This document shows, in pieces, positions 40,301-52,300 of a stretch of DNA of 64,000 nucleotides. Both the position numbers and the translations under genes were made by a program. Source of the DNA: Octopus bimaculoides (Eukaryota); contig NC_068984.1 of the NCBI RefSeq assembly GCF_001194135.2, forward strand, positions 115,506,304-115,570,303, given 5' to 3'. How positions within the stretch are numbered: position 1 is the stretch's first letter; every line of letters starts with the position of its first letter. The notes below the pieces were generated by a model that was given only the letters and a program-made list of their open reading frames with translations, had not been told where the DNA came from and ran no database searches.

Positions 40301-43300
40301 AACTTCATTATTAGCAACAGAAGCAATATTAGTTCAGAAAAGCTATCTGTATATCTTACTCAATAGGGATATACTGTTGAAAGCTACAAGACTGAATGAG
40401 TAAAGAAAGAAGCAGCTTTATGCAAGCAGATGAAAAGCTATATTACAAAAGAAGGGACCTGAACAGAACAGGGATTTTTGCTGTAGAAGAACAACATAGC
40501 TACTCCCATTATAGAAGAGTGGGTGGGAATAACTCAGGTGGAACTGGAAACACAGATAAAATAGAGATGACAAAGGTGTCAGGATGGACTCCAAAGGTAC
40601 AAGGAGGTGAAAAGAAGTATGTAGAGAACAGGAATATGAATGGATAGAGATTGCAAGAGTTTATAAGAAGAGTGAGGAATGGTTAGAGACAGGGCATGAC
40701 TCAGGGAACAAATATAATAAATGAAAAGTAATGGTTGAAGGGTGGTCAATGATGAATAGGTTTTCCATATACAAGAAAATTTATTATAACTCTTTCAAAA
40801 CTGTTTCTGTGTATTTTAATCAATTTTGAAGAGGATTAAAAACTTTGGAAGAATTTATAGAAATATCCAGCTGTAAAAAACAGGCTTTGCCAGTGTTGGT
40901 GCCACATGAAAAGCACCCAAACTGCCTGTGAAATGGGTGACTTTAGAAAGAGCATCCAGTTGTAAAAAATAATGCCTAAACAGACCTCATCAGTGCTAGT
41001 GCCACATGAGAAGCATTCAGTCCACTCTGGAAGAGCATCCGGCTGTAAAAACTATATCAAAACAGGCAGTGGAGCTTGGTACAGTCCTCTGGCTTGCTAG
41101 TTCCTGTCAAAATGTCCATCCCATGCAAGCATGGAAAGTAGACTTTAAGTGATGATGATGATAAACTTTTGTTATTAAACTGGAATGTGGCACAAACAAA
41201 ATACAGTGGAAGGCAGTGTATTTCATAAATGCAAAGCTTTTAGCATAAGCAGAGGATACAAGAATACCCAGCACATATTCAGGACTCATCTTAATAACAA
41301 CAGATATATGGAAATATTATCTGCTAAAATTATGATGGATGGTTAAACTTTAAAAAGGAATGCTCAAAAACAGAAGATTTCTTACCACAGAACTAGAGGT
41401 GGTTACAGGCAGGTTGGCATGTAAAGAGTTTAAATAATGAAATTATTTAACTTACTGGTAATGTTCCCTATTTTCTTTAGATAAAAGTTTCCACTGAGAT
41501 CCCAAGACACATGAGATATTCCTGTTATCAAGGTGAGGATTCTTGGCAGCAACTTCAGCTCTCTTCTCCACAGAATATCTAATGAAACCATTTTGGGGTC
41601 GCTTAATATTGCTTGAACCTAAAACAGTAAAACATAACACACAAAAGAGAATAAAAGAATAGCAAAAAAAAAAAAATGTGCAAAATATTTTATGCCAAAC
41701 AAGAAAAAAATTCATGAAATAATGCACATGTGAGTGTACACGTGTGCATGCATGCACACCTGCAATTTTCTCTAAGGAAGAATATATTTGAGAGAATACG
41801 ATATATTATTTTACTTCCAGAGCAAAGATGAGACTTAAAATATTCATTAGTGTATTATGTAAGTACAATTCTGTATTTCCAATGCTCACATGGTTAATGA
41901 GAGATATATCAGAAACATACTGGGATTAATTATTAATTATAATTAACTCAATGTGGAAAGTTGGCAGAATCGTTAGCATGCTGGACAAAATGCTTAGTTG
42001 CATTTCATTTGTCTTACATTCTCAACTCAAATTCCACTGAGGTCAACTTAGCCTTTCATCCTTTTAGAATCAATGAAATAAGTACCAGTTGCGTACTGGA
42101 GTTGATGTAATTGACTAGCCCCTTCTCCCAAATTTTAGGCCTTGTGCCTATAGTAGAAAGTATTATAATTAACTCAATAAACTGCACTCCTTCCTTAGAC
42201 AAAAATTAACCTGTTTGTGATTTGTCAGAAAGAGAAATGAATATTTTCACTTAATGAATTAACTAGCAAGATTTCCAGTACAAAATGATATTAAATGTGG
42301 TACACACCTATTTGAGATTGAAAATTACAACCGACTGACTGAACTCAAACCACAAGTAATACCCAACAGCCTTTTACATTGAAAATTTTACAAGTTATTG
42401 CTTTCATAATTTAATTCAGTGTGTGAGATGCTTCTGGAACCTTGCTAGTAGATAGATAGAATTGAATAAATAACTAGAGAAAGTAATAATTCCGCTCAAT
42501 ATCTTGGTTGTAATTTTAAGGAGACAAGCTGGCAGATTGTTAGCACACCATGTGAAATGCTTAATGGCAGTTCGCCTGTCTTCACATTCTGCATGCAAAT
42601 TCTGCTGAGGTTGACTTTGCCTTTCATCCTTTTGGGGGCCAATAAAATAAGGACCAGCTGAATACTGCGGTTGATATAATCAACTTACTTCCCCACACGC
42701 TGAAATTGCTGGCCTTGTACCAAAATTTTAAATCAATATCTTGGCTGCAGTTGGTTCTAAGAGAATAATTCCTAAATAGTGAGAACAAGACTTGGTACCT
42801 GGAAAAATTCTCGTACTGCAAAAATTAACACAAAATATGAGATGAGACAAAAGTCAAGCTTCCCCTAAAGAAAAGGCAAAAAAAAAATCATTTTATACAT
42901 TCACTTTAATAAGTCCTCTGATAAAAATCCCTTGATTGCATGTGGACTAGTTCAATGACAGTAAACATGGGCTAGGTCATGCTGACAATGGGGGAAAGGC
43001 AACATGCCTATTTTCTGCTAGTTCACAAACTCTTCAATTAGAATGCTTGGTTCCAAACGCTTGCTTTTTTGTTTCAAGTTCCACCGTCGTAAGATTTTTT
43101 GTGCAGATATAAAATAATCCTAGATAGCTTTTGGCAAACTAATGTATTAAGTGACTATATGTCTTGGAGGATCATTATTTTGAGTATAAGAACCATTCTA
43201 GTACCAAGAATAAATCATGAATAAGTCTCTTTATATGGAGGTGAGATACCTGTGTTGAGAATAAGAACAGATCTTTAATTTGACAAATTCAAACCTAAAC

Positions 43301-46156
43301 TAATATTTGGGTCTTAAGGCTTTTTTCATGTTATTACATTATTTCATATAATTTAGGTTTTTATCGCCTCTTTACAGCATTTATCGAAATATCACTTGTT
43401 CTAACAATTTTATCACTTACCTAAATTTACTGAATATCCTCTCCATGAAGATCCACCTGACTAACGCATCTCTCTTCTGTATTATCCAACAATAATTGTC
43501 CAGTATTTCGTCTGCTATTATGTTCTGAGTTCAAATTCCACTGAGGTCAACTTTGCTTTTCATCCTTTTGCGGGGCGATTAAATAAGTACCAGTCACGCA
43601 CTAGGGTCGATGTAATCGACTTAATCCTTTTGTCTGTCCTTGTTTGTCTCCTCCCCTCTATGTTTAGCCCCCTGTGGGCAATAAAGTATTAAATAATTGT
43701 CTTACTTCCCAGATTATGTATAAAATTTCATCCCCATTCACATCTCCCTCAAACTCCAATGGTATGAAATGGCTTCTATTAAGAACCCGAGGACCATCAC
43801 TACATTCCTCTTAAGCCATAAAGCTAACTAAAACAATAAGTTTTCCTGAGCCTGATTGATTACAAACAATAACAACTTACAGTTCTTTTGACAAGAAGAA
43901 TGTGTTTGGTCTTTACATGAAGTTTTATCGTTATTCTTCTGTACCATCATATTAAGTTCCAGTGCATAGTTTGCAGTAGCAATTACAACATCTTCCTGTA
44001 AGAAATAAATAATAATCCGTGTTAGTAATTAACATATTCTTGAATGAAAATATAATTTTTAAAATTTTGTTTCATTGTATTTATTTATATACATATATTT
44101 TCACTACAATCCCTAGAAAACCCAAGTTTTGTGAGTGGATTTAGTAGAAAGAAACTGAAAGACGTTCTCTCTCTCTTTCTTTCTCTCTCTCTCTCTTTAT
44201 ATATATATATAAACTAGGCCATGTATCGTATGTGTAAATGTATATGTATGTATATATGTCTGTATGTGTATGCATGTGTATGTATGTATATGTGTGTGTA
44301 TGTGTATGCATATGTATGTGTATGTATGTGTATGTGTGTGTATGGATGCGTGTATGGAGGGATGAAGGACAGACAGAGACATACACGGATACACACACCC
44401 AACAAGCTTCTTTCAGTTTCTGTTTAACGAATTCACTCACAAGGATTTAGTCTGCCCAAGGCCACAGTAGTAGACACTTGCCAAAAGTTCCAGGCAGTGG
44501 GACTGAACCTGGAACCATGTGGTTGCAAAGCAAGTATTTCCTAATAGTTTTCTTAATTTCTGTACTGTCATTGTCATTTTAATGACAACTTTTTCCATGC
44601 CTGTGTGGATGAGACAGAATTTGTCGAAGTGGATTTTCTAATCAGACGATCTTCTTATGGCTAACCTTAACTTGTTTCCAAACAAGAAAATATTTCCCCA
44701 TGAACAGACATGTTTTCATAGAAGATTGAAAATGAATGGGCATCACTTGTATAATGATGACATTTGTTTCATAAATAGTATATGATGCAAAGCGCTCATG
44801 CATACGCGCACACACAGACACACACATAAAGGGCTCTTTTTAGCTTCCATCTACCAAATCCACTCTAAATGCTTTGGTGAATCTGAGTTTCGATAAGACA
44901 TTTGTCCAAGGTGTTATGCAGTGAGACTGAACCCAAAACCACATGATTAGGAAGTAAACTTCTTAATCACACAACCATGGCTGCATTCATCATCATCATC
45001 ATCAAACATTTATTTTCCATACTGGCTTTGGTTGGATGACTTGACAGGAGCTGGCAAAGTAAAGGACTGCACCAAACTCCATTGTCTGTGGCATGGTTTT
45101 TATAGCAGGATGCCCTTCCTAACACCAACCACTTTACAGATTGGACTGGGTACTTTCCATGTGGCACTAGCACTGACAAGGTCTGCTTAGGCATAGTTTT
45201 TACAGCTGGATGAATTTTCTAATGCCAACCACTTTTCAGATAGGAACTGGGTACTTTCCATGTGGCACCAGCATTGATGAGGTCTTGTTAGGTATAGATT
45301 TTACAGTTTGATGGATTTCCTAATACCAACCACTTTACAGAATGGACTGAGTGCTTTTCAGGTGGCACCAACACTGGCAAAGCTTGCACATTGACTGTTT
45401 TCATTCCCAGAAGAAAACAAGAGTAGGAAGTAAAGTTAGAACATANNNNNNNNNNNNNNNNNNNNNNNNNNNNNNNNNNNNNNNNNNNNNNNNNNNNNNN
45501 NNNNNNNNNNNNNNNNNNNNNNNNNNNNNNNNNNNNNNNNNNNNNNNNNNNNNNNNNNNNNNNNNNNNNNNNNNNNNNNNNNNNNNNNNNNNNNNNNNNN
45601 NNNNNNNNNNNNNNNNNNNNNNNNNNNNNNNNNNNNNNNNNNNNNNNNNNNNNNNNNNNNNNNNNNNNNNNNNNNNNNNNNNNNNNNNNNNNNNNNNNNN
45701 NNNNNNTATATATATATATATATATATATATTATATTATATATATATATATGTATGTATACATATATATATATTATACATTTAAGTTATGTAAGTGTGGT
45801 TATGCTGGAGTGCAACCATGTGCACGCATATGCCCTTGCATGCCCACAAACACACACGTATTTAATGTAATTCATTGAAACTGAATCCTCATCACACAAG
45901 GCAAATCTTATGCTTCAGCAATTTTCAAGCAAGTGAATGTTTATCTTGCAACTTGAGTTTCATGCCACTGTGATCATTAGGTGAGAACTCACCTGAAGAT
46001 AGCAAAACCATATACTCTAACTCTACAACATCTATTGAGCATTTCTTTCTCATCTAGTCAACATCATTTGATTTTTGCACATGCGTGCGCATATGTATGT
46101 GTGTGTGAAAGTATGTATGTATATTTGTGTATATATGTATAAATATATGCAAGTGC

Positions 46157-46200
<44 letters not shown>

Positions 46201-49110
46201 NNNNNNNNNNNNNNNNNNNNNNNNNNNNNNNNNNNNNNNNNNNNNNNNNNNNNNNNNNNNNNNNNNNNNNNNNNNNNNNNNNNNNNNNNNNNNNNNNNNN
46301 NNNNNNNNNNNNNNNNNNNNNNNNNNNNNNNNNNNNNNNNNNNNNNNNNNNNNNNNNNNNNNNNNNNNNNNNNNNNNNNNNNNNNNNNNNNNNNNNNNNN
46401 NNNNNNNNNNNNNNNNNNNNNNNNNNNNNNNNNNNNNNNNNNNNNNNNNNNNNNNNNNNNNNNNNNNNNNNNNNNNNNNNNNNNNNNNNNNNNNNNNNNN
46501 NNNNNNNNNNNNNNNNNNNNNNNNNNNNNNNNNNNNNNNNNNNNNNNNNNNNNNNNNNNNNNNNNNNNNNNNNNNNNNNNNNNNNNNNNNNNNNNNNNNN
46601 NNNNNNNNNNNNNNNNNNNNNNNNNNNNNNNNNNNNNNNNNNNNNNNNNNNNNNNNNNNNNNNNNNNNNNNNNNNNNNNNNNNNNNNNNNNNNNNNNNNN
46701 NNNNNNNNNNNNNNNNNNNNNNNNNNNNNNNNNNNNNNNNNNNNNNNNNNNNNNNNNNNNNNNNNNNNNNNNNNNNNNNNNNNNNNNNNNNNNNNNNNNN
46801 NNNNNNNNNNNNNNNNNNNNNNNNNNNNNNNNNNNNNNNNNNNNNNNNNNNNNNNNNNNNNNNNNNNNNNNNNNNNNNNNNNNNNNNNNNNNNNNNNNNN
46901 NNNNNNNNNNNNNNNNNNNNNNNNNNNNNNNNNNNNNNNNNNNNNNNNNNAAAGTACCTGGACATACTGTGATGGAAGAAAATAATGAAAAAGACCTTAA
47001 TGCCGGATTATCTCCAAAGACTTATGCAGGAGGAGGAGGAGGAGGAGGAGGAGGAGGAGGAGGATTGGCCCGGATGCAATACCAGGCAGTGGCTCTCACA
47101 GTTTCTGATCTTAACAGATTGGAAGTGTTAATGGTAAATTTTGATCCTTTCACCCACATGATTTTTCACTAAGGGAAAAAAACTCGGATTTTGTGCATAG
47201 AATCAAGTACCCTGACTTCCTAATATGCTGCAAACCCTTTATTTTTGGCTGGAATCATTGGAATTTTTTTTTTTTTCGTTGAATGAATTCCGGTGACCTA
47301 ATATGCCACAAAATCTTTTTGGTTTGGAAAACGGGGTGGGGTGGGGTGAAGTGGAAGCCTTTGAAATTTCTGCAGGTACATTTGCTGTGTTTTTTGCCTT
47401 GTGGCCCTTTTTTTCTCCTCCCCACTTTTTGTGTGGATACGGTTTGGTCATTGTTTTTGTTGTTTTGTTTTTCTTTTTGCCCTTTTTTCCTTCTTTTGGA
47501 TGATGTTTTCCACTGTTTATCCTGGTCAGACTTGCTGCATGTCATATCTGACCATATGAAATCAGGAAGTGACATGTCCTATCTTAAAGTTGAGAGGTAA
47601 CTGGAAGAATCCATTGTTGCTATGGTGAGAATTGGTGTTGAAGTGGCTGTTGTTGTCGGCAGTTTTTCTGTTGTTTTTGTTGATGTTGCTTTGTGGCCAT
47701 TGCTGGTGGGTTCCTTGATGCTGGGAGAAGGATGAGGGAGTCTCTTCCCTTTCTCCTTCAATGCTAGGCAGAAGGTTCTTAAGTGTGAAGTCAGAAGGAA
47801 GATGTGACACCTGGCCTTCCTCCCCGGATAGAATGATGCTACCTGAGAAATCTAACTGATCTGGGATGGCATCTACATTTTTAACTGTTTTGGATGAGGA
47901 GTTCTATCTCCATCCGCAACCAGTTCTCTTTTTTGGTCTGGTAGACTTTGAAGATTTTTGTGTTTCCTTCAATGTCTCTACCATGACAGCAGTTGTTAAC
48001 CTAGGAACTGCTATCTCTGATGGCATCCGTGGGACTTGCATTCTTGCTAGTCTCTGGCCACAGTAGTAAGAGACTAACAAGAGATCCTCACTTTTCAAGT
48101 GTTTTTGAAAGTGAAATTTTGCCTCTTCCTTTATTTCAAATCTCACTTTCACTGTTCCATAACCCTTCCTCTTTGGATTTTTCTTCTAGGCTCCAAATGG
48201 AACCTAATGCTTTTTTTGGACTTGAGCCTCAGTGGTTCTTTCCACTCTTTTCAACTTTAATTATGGTATTTAATTATGGTATTTTGAATGGTGTGTCAAT
48301 CAGGATGTTGAGTTTGACAGTTTGTTCATCTTACCCTCCCAGCCATCTTTCCTTCTTGATCTCTTCCTCAGAGTAGTTCACTCTTTGGAAAGAGGACTTA
48401 GTGGCACTAGTGAAAAAGAGACTGGTGTTTGTCATTGCCTTTGTACTGGTTTGTTGGTCTGTGCTCGTCATTGCTACTTTCGTTGCTGTTGTTGTTGCTC
48501 ATATCTTTCTCAGAGGTTAGTCTTTGCTGTGTTGATACTGACTGACATTTGTAATCTGAACCATGAATAACTTCAATTTGTTAAAATTTTTATCATAATT
48601 ATTGTTATTGGCTTCAACATTTTTTATTGTTTGTTTCACTTCAAATTGGGTGTTGTTGTTGTTGTTACTAGTTGTTGTTGATGGTAGTGGTTTGAAAGAT
48701 TACTTTGTTGAAATATTGTTTCGTGAATATTTATAACATCACTGTTGTTGAAAACTGCCTTGTTATCTGTTTTTTTTTCCAATGCGGCGACATAGCACAT
48801 CATGTTCGCTACATTCTGATGACACTCCTCACACTTTTCTTCTCTCCCAGACACCAGCCTCACCACATCAATTTTTTTTTTTCCTCCGTGGATAGAGAAA
48901 ATGAAAATTTCCGTAACAGAAACAAAATTAAATTGAGATATCCCCAAGACTGGGGGACAACACAGAAAAAGAAACTCACCAGTTGGTAGACCACAACTCT
49001 TTTTCCATGATGGTATAAATTCCAAAACTGGATGCAAAATTTATCTGTGGTTTTGTTGACAAAAATTACAGAGGCAAGGTAAAGCCTGGCTTACCAGGCT
49101 GATGCAATAA

Positions 49111-49172
<62 letters not shown>

Positions 49173-49233
49173 ATAACAACAACAACAATAATAGTAATTG
49201 CTGCTGCTGCTACTGCTGCTGCTGCTACTGCTG

Positions 49234-49284
<51 letters not shown>

Positions 49285-49310
49285 GCTGAACCNNNNNNNN
49301 NNTGCAATAA

Positions 49311-49360
<50 letters not shown>

Positions 49361-52300
49361 ATAGTAATAACAACAACAACAATAATAGTAATTGCTGCTG
49401 CTGCTGCTGCTACTGCTGCTACTACTACTACTACTACTACTACTAGCTGAACCCGTGAAAAATTCACGGAAAACATAAGCATCTGTAAATTGTGTGCTGG
49501 TGCCATGAGAAATGTTTCTATATTGTGGCAGTTACAGAATATAGAAAGAAGTGTAAAATTGATAACTACATAATCCAAAATATCCGAGTTACACAACCCA
49601 TAAACAGAATTACTATTTAGCCTAAAAATACATCGTACATATTCAAAGAACCTTCTTGATATAGTGGTATGGAATGTTCTTCTAGTATTCTTTTATTCAT
49701 TTACTTGTTTCAGTCATTTGATGGTGGTCCATGCTGAAGCACCACCCTTTAGTCAAAGAAATTGACCCTGGACTTAATCCTTGTAAGCCTGGTGCTTATT
49801 ATATTAGTCTCTTCTGCCGAACAGCTAAATTACAGGGACGCAAACACACCAAATCAGTAGTCAAACAATGGTGATGCAGGGACAAACACAGACACAATCA
49901 CACATACATAAAAATATAATATACAGGCATACCTCAACTCAAGACGTTTCGATCTAAGTCGTTTTCGATTATATGTCGGTTTTCAAAAATAATATATGGA
50001 AAAATAAAAATCAAGTTAAGTCATTTTACTCAACTTTACATCTGTCAGCCACAAATATTGGAATTGTAAAATCACTAGAAAACCATTAAAAGCACATAAA
50101 ATCATGTTACTGTACAATAAATGAGAATAAAAGCATATAAAATCATATTAAAATACATACAGTAAATGTTAAGATACACATCATAAAGTACTGTAGCTTA
50201 GTGAATGAAATCATGAAACCAGCTGTGTTGTCTTATTTATCGGTCTTTCAGAGCTCATGTTGCACTGTAGTACTAATATCTACCGTTAGGCGTCTTTGTC
50301 ACTCGTGATGCCTGCGATTGTTTTGAATTCAGATTTGTTTACGTCTGTTTATCAGCTACTTTCTCATTTTTATTCATTTATGACTGTATTTTTTGCCCCT
50401 ATTGCTCCTAAGAAAATTCATAGTGAAAGTGTTAAGCGTTATGCTATAACGCTGGAAGATAAACTGGCTATGATGAAATGCCATAAAAAAAGGTGAAAAA
50501 GTGGTAGCAATTGCACAATCTTTTGGGATGAGTCAGACAATTGTATTGATTATTTTACATTATAAAGACAAGATTTTAGCACGTGTCAAATCTGAAGCCC
50601 CAGGGATGAAGAATACTGTCATGAATAAGAAAAGAGGCAAAATCTTTGAAGAAATGGAAAGCCTTCTTTCTCTTTAGATTGTTAGGTTGAATCGTCAGCA
50701 TGCTACTATTAGTCAAGAAATCATTCAAGAGAAAGTGTTGTCTTTGTTTGAGAACCTGAAGAAAAAAATATCCAGATGAGAAAGATGTAAAATTCAAGGC
50801 AAGTCAAGGATGGTTCATGAGATTTAAGGAGCAAAGAAGTTATCACTCTATTAGGAAGCAAGGTAAAAGTGCATGAGCTGACGAACAAGCAGCAGCGAAA
50901 TTTCCTAATGCATTAAAGAAAATCATCGAAGAAAACGGGTTTCTTCTCGAACAGATTTTTAACATAGATGAAACTGGATTGTATAGGAAAAAATTGCCAG
51001 ACCGATCATTCATTTCCAAGGAGGAGAAAACTACTCCAGGCTATTAGGTCTCAAAAGAACATGTCACCATTATGTTGGGAGGTAATTGTGCAGGAGATTT
51101 TAAATTAAAGCCATTGCTTGTGTATCATGCACACAACCCCGAGCCCTAAAGAACATACCTAAGGCATCTCTCCCTCTAATATGGATAGCTAATTCAAAAG
51201 CATGGGTTACTGCTGTTGTTTTTGAAGATTGGTTCTTCAATCATTTTATCCTAGCAGAAGAGAAGTACTGTAAGGTGAAGGGAATTCCTTTTAAGGTTTT
51301 ACTTATCTTAGGTAATGTTCCTGGCCACCCCGCAAAACATCATAGATATTTGCCCCAACGTTACTGTTGTATACTGTCCCCCGAACACCACGTCTCTTCT
51401 GCAACCAATGGATCGGGGAATAATTGCTATCTTCAAGCGTTACTATATGAAGCATTTATACTGAATCTCCCTGAGAACTACGTTGACAATATGCATGTCT
51501 GTGGAGTACCCAGCCACTTGCAAGTTAATTTTATTGTGTGGTAATGAAAAGTGAAAGTGACATCCAATGTTTTGCTGTCTGTATCTATGTATCAACTTTT
51601 CTTTGGGTCTATGTATCTATTGTCTCTCACTTTCTTTCTTTCTCTTTCACTCTCTCACTTCCTCTCTGCCCTCTCTCAAGCTTTGTCACTCCTTCCTTTG
51701 AAGTAAATGTGACACACACGACAGGTACATACAAAAACAACAAGCTGGCATATTATTATTATTGATGATAATAATAATAATAATAATAATAATAATATTG
51801 CCACAATTGGCCTAGACACCTACCTGAAAAACTCTGAGGACTGGATGTTAAAACTTGTCTCAAAACATGAAAACAAGAAAGCACCATACTCAGTAACAAA
51901 ATAGGCAAAGGAATATCTAAGTGAATTCCAATTGCAACAAATTCAAGAATTAGACGAACTAGAAACACCTGCAGAAAAAGCTAAGCACATTAAAACCTGT
52001 GCTAAAACTGCTGCCTTAGATATTCTTACTGATAAATGGCAAGAAAAGCCTCTCAATGGCAAATACCCAAAGACAGTAAATAATGCCGATGTTGATAAAG
52101 CCCTTACCCATCAATGGCTAATAGCTTCTGGCTTAAAATCAGAAACAGAAGAGTTTATTATAGCAGCCCAAGATCAACGCCTACCAACAAGGAACTACCA
52201 GGCCAACATATTAATGAACGACAGTAGCCCAACATGTCGTGTATGTAAACAACAAAATGAAACCATTGATCATGTTGTCTCCATGTGCAATTTCCTTGCG

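Noticed and set aside
43690-43823. Exon-like segment ECSDGPRVLNRSHFIPLEFEGDVNGDEILYIIWE with GTAAGA donor
   Set aside because: Every nearby acceptor gives a stop when joined to exon C, and its phase-0 end does not fit the HMG exon; not included in the model.
46951-47172. Poly-Gly-containing frame after the gap
   Set aside because: Gly run is a (GGA)n microsatellite; no start or homology visible, and antisense to the host gene.
48636-49037. 133-aa minus-strand ORF
   Set aside because: It reads through a strong GTGAGT donor into low-complexity/retroelement sequence; better explained as candidate exon B (in another frame) plus intron.
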